IMG/VR virus record: IMGVR_UViG_3300005714_000005
Location: 32,001 to 96,000 of that record
Direction: 5' to 3' (one strand)
Length of the DNA stretch: 64,000 nucleotides
From: a virus
Lineage: Duplodnaviria > Caudoviricetes
Positions 47,804 to 57,701 of this stretch are shown piece by piece. The notes below the pieces were generated by a model that was not told the DNA's origin, did not search any database, and saw only the letters and a program-made list of their open reading frames with translations. The translations under genes and the position numbers were made by a program. Each line of letters begins with the position of its first letter. Positions within the stretch are counted from its first letter, which is position 1.

Positions 47804-48966
47804 ATGCAAGGATAAGCAGTTCCATATAATTCTTTCATCACTCTAACACTAATGTAGTCAGGTGATAAACGTTTAGCAGTAGATAAAGCACTTAATTCAG
47901 TCAGATAGTAATATTTACTACCCCCATATGTATTATTTTCATCTAAGAAATAAAGTAGCTTAGGGAATGTTTGAGAAGTCTTTATTCCAAACTCATTTTC
48001 AATTCCTTTAATTCGTTGTTTTAAAAACTCCTCAATTAGCATAGCAGTTTCTTCTTCATACTCAGGATTCTCAGAAATATACATTGCTAGAGAAACAAAA
48101 GGTGCTTGACCATTTGTACCTGAAATCGTTGAGATTTGATAGTTAAATAATTGAACTGAGTGCTTGATTTCACGTTTTAAGCGTTTCATTACTACTTCTT
48201 CAAAATTGTCACATGCTAGACCATCTTCAATTAATTCTCGTTTAATTCGCTCCTTCTCAATGCGAACAAAAGGGGCTAAATGACTCAACGTCATAGTTTG
48301 CCCTCCATAAGTGCAACTTGACACTTGGGCAGATATTTGAGTTGCAACTGTCATGGCAGTTCTTAAAGATTTTGGTTTACGAATTGCCTTCTTGTTGATA
48401 ACAGTTCCGTTTTGCAACATATCTTCAAGGTTAATAAGCTCACAATTGTAAATACCATTCATATAGTAATCAAGGTCGTGTATCTTAATTGCCCCCATGT
48501 TGTGTGCTTGTACAATATGAGGAGGTATCATATAATTTGTAGCAACGATTTTACTAACTTCACCTGCAATTAAGTCACGTTGGGTAGAAGCCAATTCTGC
48601 TTGTTTGTTTGAATTTTCAGACATTACATCTTCATTTGTCATCTCTACCAATCCAATAACACTTTGAATTAGCTTATCATTCTTATTAGTACGCTTGTAT
48701 GACTGAACTGAACGATAACCCTCATATGCTCGTGCCACTTCCATTCGGTCAAATTCAATTAAGCACTCAAATACCTTTTTCTCAACATCGTAGATAGAAG
48801 GAGTGTTTTTTGCTAGTTCAAAGCAATCCTCAATTTGAGTAGCAACTTCTTTAGCAATATCTTCTTCAATATAGCCAACACCATATTTCATGGCTTTGAT
48901 AATTGCTACCTCAATTTTTGTTTTGTCGAATTGAACAGTTTCTCCATTTCGTTTAATAATCTGCAT
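47804..48966 (-). CDS. nrdD: Anaerobic ribonucleoside-triphosphate reductase, exon 1
   Basis: ATP cone (IIKRNG...FD..KI), ENSNK, IHDLDY, NC, YGGQT, TFPKL. Confidence 0.9.
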
Positions 48967-49019
48967 ATCATCATTCCTTTCTTATTAAAAACTCCACCCT
49001 ACCACCCTTTACATTTATA

Positions 49020-49048
49020 ATTATATACTTAAAGTTGATAAATGTAAA
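49020..49048 (-). promoter_or_regulatory. SigmaA-type early promoter (nrdD)
   Basis: TTTACA-N17-TATAAT. Confidence 0.75.
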
Positions 49049-49065
49049 CTAAATTAGTCAACTTT

Positions 49066-49860
49066 TTAAATTTCAACAGAAGAAAGTCTCTCCTCTGCAA
49101 TCTTGCAATATTCCTCACTAATTTCAAAACCTATGTATTTTCGATTGGACAACTTAGCCATTTTGGCAGTTGTTCCACTTCCCATGAATGGGTCAAGAAT
49201 AACGTCTCCTTCATTTGACCAGGAGAAGATATGGTCATGAGCCAACTGTTCAGGGAAGATTGCAGGGTGTTTATGTGCAACTTTGTCTTTTGAGGCGAAG
49301 CCGCCTCCCACGGTATATTTCCATATGTTATTTCTAGGTGAGAAATCAGGAACAGGCTTGATTTTAGAAGTTTCTTTTAAGTCATTATCCACTCCACGTT
49401 GGGTGTTCTTTCCCCAATTCGTATGTCCTGCCCATTTGTTGGGCTTGTCGCAAATCAGGTTTGCTGTCTTAGGTTTCCCTTTGCTAAAAACAAACATATA
49501 TTCAAATATTTGAGTGTATCTGTTTCCATTTCTTTTAGCAGGAAAAGAACTCGTGTTTTTCTCATATATCATTGTATCATGTAATTTAAAACCATTATCG
49601 AGAAAAGATAGAGCTTGCCTAAATGAAGTTCCAGTTTCTGAGCCATTTTTAACTTGGTCGCCAACTACCCAAACGACCACCCCTCCCACTTTCAGAACAC
49701 GATACAACTCTTTTGCTATGTCATCAACGTTAAAAGAGAAACCATTGTATTTTCTAATATTGTCATAAGGTGGCGAAGTTACTACTAAGTCCACAGTTTC
49801 GTTTTGTAATTGCTTCATACCTTCTAAACAATCCATATTATAGATTTTGTTTAATTCCAT
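49066..49860 (-). CDS. DNA amino-methyltransferase (beta class, probably m4C)
   Basis: TSPPY catalytic motif before DPFMGSGT SAM-binding motif; HPAIFP. Confidence 0.9.
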   Translation of the reverse strand: MELNKIYNMDCLEGMKQLQNETVDLVVTSPPYDNIRKYNGFSFNVDDIAKELYRVLKVGGVVVWVVGDQVKNGSETGTSFRQALSFLDNGFKLHDTMIYEKNTSSFPAKRNGNRYTQIFEYMFVFSKGKPKTANLICDKPNKWAGHTNWGKNTQRGVDNDLKETSKIKPVPDFSPRNNIWKYTVGGGFASKDKVAHKHPAIFPEQLAHDHIFSWSNEGDVILDPFMGSGTTAKMAKLSNRKYIGFEISEEYCKIAEERLSSVEI

Positions 49861-49871
49861 ATTTCTTCCTC

Positions 49872-52140
49872 CTAAATTTCACCTAGCAACATATGGTATA
49901 GGAATGTTCGCTTGTGTTTAATGTTACTTGTTCTAATTGCTCTATTCATAGCTTTTGTTTCCACAATTAGAGTACACTTCTTCTTAGCACGAGTAACTAA
50001 CGTGTACAATTGCTCACGATTGAGCATAGTGAAGTGTGAATAGTCAAGACAACCAATTAGATAAGGAATACCACTACCTTGCGATTTATGTGTGGTAATT
50101 GCATAGCCTAAGTCGATAGAGGTCAAGTCCTTAGCACCAACTTCAACTTTACCTATATTATAGAAGTCAATTAAGGCATCTTCTAATTCTGAGCCTAAAC
50201 GCTCAACTTCACCCATATTACCATTGAAAATATTTGGATCAGTTTTATAGTTATTCTTCAAGTTGATAACCTTATCACCTTTGTAGATAGTATAAGGTTC
50301 TTTCTTAGTTCCTAATTCAATGCCTTGCCCTCGTCTACGAGGTGATAGCACAATATCTTGCACAAGTTGATTAACTTTATAACATGACGTACCATTTGAC
50401 TTGGTAGGCAATACAACGCCTATCTGAGATATATCTTTACATTCTTTGTACATCTCTTTAAACTCTTGAATAATCAAATCAATAGATGGTTTTGTTTCAC
50501 CTTTTTCACATGAGAATCCGATGACTTTTAAATCTTGTAATTCACCTAAGATTTCCTCACCAACCCAAGAATCTTTATATCGACATTTACCTTGAGCAAC
50601 TTCAATAGAGAAAGGGATAATACCTGACTTAGCACCTTGTCGATGAATTTTATCAAACGTAACACAAGGAACAATTTCACTATCAATTAAATCTGTCATG
50701 ACATTGCCAACACCAATAGACTCCAACTGATTGGTATCACCCAACATAACTAACTTGCTACCTGTTGGAATAGCTTTGATTAAACTCAAGAATAATTGAG
50801 CATCAACCATTGAAGTTTCATCTAGGATTATCATATTATACTCTAGTGGATTCTTTTCATTTCTAGTAAATCCATCACGACCAGGATTGTAACCTAATAA
50901 TCGATGAATTGTATGCCCCTCTTGACCTGTAATATCGGTTAAGTTGACAGAGGCTTTACCACTTAAAGCAGTTTGAGCAAATGTATATCCGTCATCAAGA
51001 CATGATAGCACACCTGCAACTGCGGAACTTTTACCTACTCCTGGCGTACCCCCTGATAATTGTGACATTTGAATCTGCAATAGCAAATACACCTTCTAAT
51101 TGTCGCTCAGTAAATTCCCAACCTTGACGTTTCTCTTGTTGCTTAATGCGACTCATAGCAACTTCTCTATCTAGTTGAATATTGTTGTCACCATTTTGCA
51201 AACGTTGAATATGATAGGCAATTTCTTTTTCCATTGAATAATATTCTTCAAGGGCAAATACGTCACCCTCATCATTTGGGATATGAATAACCTTGCCATC
51301 TTTAATCAATTGCTCTAGGCAATCATCCATTAACTCTAAATCTTTCAAATCCAATTGGTCGACAATTGCACTTTCCAACAATTCTAAAGTTGTGTATGTA
51401 TGCCCACTCTCTCCAATATTCTCAAAGTGATATAATATGTATGCTCGAATAGTTCGTGGGTCATTGGCAGGGATACCAAATTTCTGAGCAATCTCATCTG
51501 CTTTAGAAAATCCAATACCCTTTACTTCCTCTGCTAATACATAAGGATTACGTTTGATTTTCTCTAATGCGACATCAGGCGACTTATAATGAGATACTAA
51601 CCTTTGCACCATATTAGGTGTTAAGCCAGTAGACACCAACTCAATATGTGAAGCACCACAATCTTTACACTCTAGGTATCTATCAATCATTTTTTGAGCA
51701 GTTTTAGCACCAACCCCTTTAACTTTGCATAAGGCTTGAATATCTTCATTCGCAAAAGCAGTAAATGGGTCATCAAGAGCATTATACATTTCTTCAATTT
51801 GTCTATCTGTTAAGAAAATAGACAAGAAATCACGTTTCTGATTTTCATTCTCCATAGGTCGAAATTCTTGACTATACGATACTTCATATTGCCACTCGCC
51901 ATATTGCTCATTGTACACTTTCTTACCATGAATCAAATAGGTTGAGTTGTCATCTCGCATAAATACTTGATTACCAATAAGACTAACTTCACCTCTATTG
52001 GATTCAAATCCTTCTTCCTTAGCAGGTTCAATAATTTCAACTCGGTTAATCTGCCAAGCACCTGACTCAACTTCTCTCAATTTCTTAGGATGAAATCGTC
52101 TGATAAACTTAACTTTAAATTTATATACTGTTTCTTCCAC
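49872..52140 (-). pseudogene. recD2: RecD2-like SF1B helicase interrupted by a 1-nt frameshift at Walker A
   Basis: N-part 51031-52140 (HhH GVGAKTA, NPY, GIGF..AD) and C-part (GVGKSS, TIHRLL, DETSM, LGD..QL, YAITTHKSQGS) are one frame apart; repaired length 755 aa. Confidence 0.75.
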
Positions 52141-52174
52141 TCTCTCACCTCTCCTTATTAATGTTTACATTGTT

Positions 52175-52203
52175 ATTATATACTCCTAGTTTATAAAAGT
52201 CAA
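52175..52203 (-). promoter_or_regulatory. SigmaA-type early promoter (recD2)
   Basis: TTGACT-N17-TATAAT. Confidence 0.8.
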
Positions 52204-52265
52204 CTAAAATGTGAATAAAATTTTAAAAAGTTGAATATAATAATTTTTACCTAAGTAGATAAAAT

Positions 52266-52292
52266 AAAAAGATAGGAAATTAATCCTATCTT
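52266..52292 (-). terminator. Intrinsic terminator
   Basis: AAGATAGGA/TCCTATCTT stem, T run on - strand. Confidence 0.7.
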
Positions 52293-52551
52293 ACTCACAC
52301 ACCATAGCACTACTCATATCTAGCCAAGATACAAAATCCTTTTGATTAAAATCATATTTCTCAATGGCTTTCAATTCTCCACTTTCATAGTAGTGTAATA
52401 ATACATCGTATTCGCCATCTTTGAGGAAATCATGTTTCTCAATAACATCATAGGCGAAATCAATGTTATCGGGCGTAACTGCTGTTAGCACAACTGTTTC
52501 ATATTCTAGTTTATATTTCTCTTTCGCAATTAATACAAATACTTCATTCAT
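52291..52551 (-). CDS. Hypothetical protein
   Basis: 86 aa; RBS AAGGAGG. Confidence 0.55.
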   Translation of the reverse strand: MNEVFVLIAKEKYKLEYETVVLTAVTPDNIDFAYDVIEKHDFLKDGEYDVLLHYYESGELKAIEKYDFNQKDFVSWLDMSSAMVCE

Positions 52552-52566
52552 ATGTATCTCCTCCTT

Positions 52567-53292
52567 TTAATATAGCCATTCATTTTCTAAATAGCAGAAT
52601 GCGTATACTGCCCCACCAGTTAAACCTAACCATAGAATCCAAAACATAACCAACCCCACAGTTCCTCTGCTAATCAAATAATCATAAGTGCCTTGTGTTG
52701 ATATATTCTCATAGAGTTTAACATTTTTGCCAATGTTATTATCTTTCAAATTGGTAAAAATCGTACCTTGCAATTGACTAGGAGTTCCATAGTATTTATA
52801 TCTGACTTTTGAACTTGTCTTAATTGTTGTTATGTAGTTTGTACCAGGTGTTACAAATTGATTAAAATCAAACTCAATACCTAAGAAAGTTACCTTGTCA
52901 ACTTTTCTATACTCTTTATCAACAGCATCCCAAGTCCAATATGTTTCAGTTCGATAGCAAGTTGATTTACCACATTGGTAGCTTACCGTTCTTGTGTGTT
53001 GAGTATATCTTTCTTTTACTTTCTTGAGGTACATATATTCACCCTCAATTTCGTTATAGGTGACTGGCTCTAAAGCAACCAGTTCACCATAAACGAAAGC
53101 ATTTCCTACATTGGTATTCATTCCATATTCAAATAAATCTTTACTTTCAATATGAATTGCCTTATTGTAGATTTCATTTTTATCAATTGTGTGTTGTTTA
53201 ATTGCACCATGTATCCACAATCCAATTAACAACATAAAACACACAATACCAATACTTACAATTATTTCTCTCTTTGTAATCTCCATAATCAT
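52567..53292 (-). CDS. Membrane protein with N- and C-terminal TM helices
   Basis: Two hydrophobic helices flanking a soluble domain; coupled to lemA. Confidence 0.65.
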   Translation of the reverse strand: MIMEITKREIIVSIGIVCFMLLIGLWIHGAIKQHTIDKNEIYNKAIHIESKDLFEYGMNTNVGNAFVYGELVALEPVTYNEIEGEYMYLKKVKERYTQHTRTVSYQCGKSTCYRTETYWTWDAVDKEYRKVDKVTFLGIEFDFNQFVTPGTNYITTIKTSSKVRYKYYGTPSQLQGTIFTNLKDNNIGKNVKLYENISTQGTYDYLISRGTVGLVMFWILWLGLTGGAVYAFCYLENEWLY

Positions 53293-53296
53293 TTAC

Positions 53297-53842
53297 CTAG
53301 TTACCAAACAAGTTTGTTGGAGCATCGGATGGAGCATTATATTCTAAATAGTTAAACTCAATAGGTTCATAACCTAACATATCTAAGAACATACGATTAG
53401 GGAATTTCTTGACATAACGATTATATTCTTTAATTTGTTTGTTATAGTTACTACGATATTGAGCAATTAAGTTCTCAGTTACACTTAATTCATTCATTAG
53501 AGTTTTATAGTTTTCATTTGCTTTTAACTCAGGATATGCTTCTGCAACAGCAGAAATTAATGTATTAACTTCACTAATATCGCCTTTAGATTGACCACGA
53601 GCTTCAACAACTTTTTGTAAAGTTTCTGCTTCATGTTTGTCATAGTTTTTAACTGTATCAACTAAGTTGTAAATTAAGTCAACTCGGCGTTTCTCTTGAA
53701 CCTCAATGTCTGAATTAGCTGCTTTAACTTGTTCCTCTAAGACAAAAGCATTATTTTGATACCCATTCACAAAGAATACACCTAAAATTCCAACAAATAG
53801 AATAGTTGCAATACTAATTAATACCAGTTTTAATCCATTCAT
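53297..53842 (-). CDS. lemA: LemA family protein
   Basis: N-terminal TM; KRR.DLI.NLV.TVK.Y..HE; EAYPELKANENY; EN.IA..R..YN; FPN. Confidence 0.9.
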   Translation of the reverse strand: MNGLKLVLISIATILFVGILGVFFVNGYQNNAFVLEEQVKAANSDIEVQEKRRVDLIYNLVDTVKNYDKHEAETLQKVVEARGQSKGDISEVNTLISAVAEAYPELKANENYKTLMNELSVTENLIAQYRSNYNKQIKEYNRYVKKFPNRMFLDMLGYEPIEFNYLEYNAPSDAPTNLFGN

Positions 53843-53858
53843 AATATCACTTCTCCTT

Positions 53859-54146
53859 TTACATAGTTTGATTGTACATAGAACGCATAATATCCTCTAA
53901 GAACTCAAATCCATAATATTCCTTAACTGGGAATAACAAACGTGAATTAGTCCATTTAGAATGCTTGATAGTCAAGATAATTTTATCTGTTGAGTATTCA
54001 GATTTATCATTTTCTTCATATAGGCAAGACACAATAAATTCTAAATCTCCATCTTCACTTTCCTCTGCAAAACGTTCCTCTTGAATTTTATCAACTGCAT
54101 ATTGAATTGCTTCAATAATATCAAATCCCATAAATGACATATTCAT
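53859..54146 (-). CDS. Hypothetical protein
   Basis: 95 aa; RBS GAGGAG. Confidence 0.55.
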   Translation of the reverse strand: MNMSFMGFDIIEAIQYAVDKIQEERFAEESEDGDLEFIVSCLYEENDKSEYSTDKIILTIKHSKWTNSRLLFPVKEYYGFEFLEDIMRSMYNQTM

Positions 54147-54153
54147 CTCTCCT

Positions 54154-54732
54154 CTACTTACTTAAAATTTGTTGAACTCTGCCACTACGAACTTGAGCAT
54201 CTAGTTCTAATTTCTTTAATTCAATTTGTTTATCAATCATTTCTTTTTCATGTGCTTTAAGCAATTCAACTGTTGCTAATTCGTAGGCTTGTTCGTTACT
54301 CATGCCACAGTTTATAAGGGCAGTATATCGACCACAAATTTCAGATACGCCAACAATCCCCTTACAAAATTCTTCAACATCTAATGTGTAAGAGTTGTCC
54401 ATATTGACCATTTTGATAGGCTCTAGCACAATAGGCTTTGTATTGGGTTTGCTTGTTGATACTTCTTCAAGCCCATCTTCAACTTCCTCAAGCTCGTCTT
54501 CTTCACCCATGACTTCTTCTACTACGCTTAGAATATTATGCAAGCCATTGTCACCAATTTCCTCAACGATGGCTTTGATGATTGGTGACAATTCTTCATT
54601 TGTTAATTGCTCAGTCATAACTGCAAACTCTAAATATGTAGTTCCTGTTAAGTCAATCTCTTGACCATCAATTCCAAACACTATAACCCCATTTAATTCT
54701 TCGATAACACTATTCATAGTTAATTTAGCCAT
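54154..54732 (-). CDS. Acidic hypothetical protein
   Basis: Start at MAKLTM with RBS AAGGAG. Confidence 0.55.
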   Translation of the reverse strand: MAKLTMNSVIEELNGVIVFGIDGQEIDLTGTTYLEFAVMTEQLTNEELSPIIKAIVEEIGDNGLHNILSVVEEVMGEEDELEEVEDGLEEVSTSKPNTKPIVLEPIKMVNMDNSYTLDVEEFCKGIVGVSEICGRYTALINCGMSNEQAYELATVELLKAHEKEMIDKQIELKKLELDAQVRSGRVQQILSK

Positions 54733-54745
54733 ATATACTCTCTCC

Positions 54746-55333
54746 TTATAAGTTCTCAATTTTATGTGCAATTCCTTTTTCAATCGAATCCTGTGCATTG
54801 TACCAAATATCTGTATTGGTTACATATGGTCGTTGAATTTCTTCTTCTGTCATGCTAGTATTAGCACGTAGGTAGTCATTAACTTTGCTTTCTAACATTT
54901 TGTTAAATGCTAAGTCAACTTCCATTTCTTTGAAAGTTCCTCGTGTCATAGACGAACCCTGATGATTTAGCAAGAAAGCAAATTCACCAACAGTTCGATG
55001 AGTTCCACTAGCGTATAATATGAAGCCACAAGACGCCGCAAGTGAATTACAATGTGTATGAATTGTATAACCATTTGCTTTCATTGTTTCAATTGTTTCT
55101 AATAGGGCGAATAATGCTAGAACCGAACCACCCTCAGAACAAATGGTAATTCTTATGTATAATTCCTCTTTTGGTGTTTTCACCAAGCTATCGTATTCTC
55201 GTACCTTATTGAGTAAATCAATAATCTCATAACAATACTCACGAGTAAATGCCTTATTGAAATGGATATTTCGTGTGTCTAACACTTGCACAATATCATT
55301 TAATGTATCTTGTTGCATAAGTAATGGATTCAT
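54746..55333 (-). CDS. clpP: ClpP-like serine protease
   Basis: ICSEGGSV, AASCG (Ser), LNHQ (His), DIWYNAQDSIEKGIAHKI. Confidence 0.75.
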   Translation of the reverse strand: MNPLLMQQDTLNDIVQVLDTRNIHFNKAFTREYCYEIIDLLNKVREYDSLVKTPKEELYIRITICSEGGSVLALFALLETIETMKANGYTIHTHCNSLAASCGFILYASGTHRTVGEFAFLLNHQGSSMTRGTFKEMEVDLAFNKMLESKVNDYLRANTSMTEEEIQRPYVTNTDIWYNAQDSIEKGIAHKIENL

Positions 55334-55825
55334 ATTCTCACCCCTTGTTAATATGGTCTGTTGCTTCTTGAATTGATAAACCTTCAATCAATACTAAATA
55401 TTTAAACTTTGCTAAAATATCTTGTGCAATTTTCTTAGCGACTTCAATATCATTTGCATGAATATCTCGTGCAACTAGACTAGGATTTTTACTCAATGAA
55501 CGTTCTCTTAAATTCATTTGTTTAATTTCATCATAGTGTTTTATATCATCTTTATGGACAAAAACACTTCTAGTTTCAAGGCTATCTTTCTCTAAGTCAA
55601 TATAAGCTTTCCAATGTTTATACAACTTGGTTTTTGGAAAATCTTGATTACCTTGTTTGATAGGAATTACATAAAGGTTGTCACCATATCTAGTTCCACC
55701 ATTACTATTGTGATAATAGCAATATTGTTGTGCTTCTTCCTCGTTTTCAAAATAACACTCTACATTCCAATCTGAATAGCAACCATAAAATACTCCATAT
55801 ATCATTTTCATATTCTCACCCCTTG
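55329..55825. repeat. 19-bp exact direct repeat (55329-55347 and 55807-55825)
   Basis: TTCATATTCTCACCCCTTG at both gene junctions. Confidence 0.8.
55338..55811 (-). CDS. Hypothetical protein
   Basis: MKMIYGVFYGCYSDW...; RBS AAGGGGTG. Confidence 0.55.
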   Translation of the reverse strand: MKMIYGVFYGCYSDWNVECYFENEEEAQQYCYYHNSNGGTRYGDNLYVIPIKQGNQDFPKTKLYKHWKAYIDLEKDSLETRSVFVHKDDIKHYDEIKQMNLRERSLSKNPSLVARDIHANDIEVAKKIAQDILAKFKYLVLIEGLSIQEATDHINKG

Positions 55826-56025
55826 AAATTTTTAACTTTGTAATCACCATGACGTTTCATATTCTCTTGACATAATCGGTTATAGTGATTATCGTTAAAA
55901 TCTAATTCTTTCTTCTTATTTAATTTATCACGTTTATATGTATGAATCACTTTTGCTACAACATACTTTTGACAACTTGCATGACAACCCACATAACGTT
56001 CTGTACAATCTTTACAACATTTCAT
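55816..56025 (-). CDS. Small Cys/His-rich protein
   Basis: CCKDCTERYVGCHASC; first gene after promoter. Confidence 0.6.
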   Translation of the reverse strand: MKCCKDCTERYVGCHASCQKYVVAKVIHTYKRDKLNKKKELDFNDNHYNRLCQENMKRHGDYKVKNFKG

Positions 56026-56076
56026 TTTATTTCTTCTCTCCTTGTGTTTAATTTATTTAACTGCCTTACATTTATT

Positions 56077-56105
56077 ATTATATACTAGGAGTTTACAAAA
56101 GTAAA
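56077..56105 (-). promoter_or_regulatory. SigmaA-type early promoter with perfect palindrome GTTTAC-N4-GTAAAC
   Basis: TTTACT-N17-TATAAT. Confidence 0.75.
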
Positions 56106-56133
56106 CCCCTAATTTAAACTTTTTTAATATTTT

Positions 56134-57701
56134 TTAATCTTCTGTGCGATAACGTTCGTCTTGCAACAAGCATACACCATCTTCATATATCTTTTCAATT
56201 AAGCTAGTTGAGTGTGACCACAATCCGTTCTTGTATGACTTCACTCTAAAAATATCACCATTGCGAATACCACGAATCATGAGTAAATTACCTCGTTGAA
56301 ACCATGACTTCTCGACAACTTTATTCTTACCTGTTTCTTCATCAGGAATAGAAATAGACTTGTCATAGAAAGCAAACTGCCCTGCTTGGTATTTACAATT
56401 GACAACCCCAAATTCAGTTAATAGGGTTAGGGTATGTTTATTTTTATTCTTACCTAAGACAACTCCACAAATTTGTTCAATTTTGAATTTAGGAATACGG
56501 ATAACTTCACCCGTTTCCTTGTTAGTCTTTTCCCAATAATCCTCAATTACAGGTTCGGTTGGTAATTCAAAGTGGTTGGCAATATTGTAGTATTCCTTAT
56601 TGATATGACTCAATTCATGGTCACTATAGTACATGGCTAGACTTTCAAATTCCCAAGAGGCAACAGTACCCTCTGCATGGGCTTTTTTGACGTCTCTGAA
56701 CAACGATTCATTGTAGGCTTGTAATAACTCATCACTACGCATAAAGTCCAACAGACGACCAATCTTACGCTTATAGATAGCTTCAAATGAATCTTTGCTT
56801 GTTGCTCCACTTTCTACCCAAATAGCACTTGAATAGTATTGTCCGTCATCTTCTACATACTCCCAATGTTTACCTTGTTGTAACTCAGGGAACATATTGA
56901 AGAAAGCATCAACAACTTCTTGGGTATCAACTTCATCTACACCATCTAATAGATACCACTTTTTAGATTTCGTAACTTTATATCCATCAACTTTATGAAA
57001 TGGTAATTTACCATCATCAACCTTAACACCTTGACGTAAATATTCTCGGAAATCATAATACATTAATTCCTCATCATATTCACTAGGGATTAAACCACGT
57101 TGGATTAATTGATCTAGGTTTGAAGCAGTAATTGCTTTCTTATTAGGATATTCCATATGTAGATACTCATCAAGCAACTCAACTCGTGTCTTGTTGGGTT
57201 CAATCGTATCAAATGAACCTGCTTTGATTAGATTAATCATTTGCTCTTTGCTAATTAATGCTTTCTTTTGCACCTTGCCATCTTTGTTGATTACCTCTTG
57301 CTTTGTTAAGTGCAATCTATCATGAAAATCTTTCATTGACGTATAAGGTCGATTAGCAATAATAATCTCGGCAGTTTTATTATTGATTGATGATATACCC
57401 TTTAGACCAAAGATAATTGAGTTTGTTTGTTCATCGGGAATGAAACCTGTTAATGCTTTGTTAATGTCAGGCAAAGCAATAGTTACACCTTGTTTTTGTA
57501 AAGTTGCAATTGCTCCACCCATAGCTTCACGGTCAGTACCATTCTCTTTATTCTCACCCTCAGTCGTTTCACGTTCAATAGCACCTGACTCTGTAAGCAA
57601 TACAGAAGTTGCCCAATAGATAGGTGGGAATGAAGTAGCATAATAAGCCTCTTGTAATGCAATTTGACTATAAGGGATACAATGATGCTTACTAAATCCA
57701 T
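56134..57701 (-). CDS. dnaE: DNA polymerase III alpha subunit, exon 3
   Basis: Junction restores QEGYGFSKHH; LPDIN, FGLKGISSI, LIKAGSFD, C-terminal OB fold. Confidence 0.9.
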
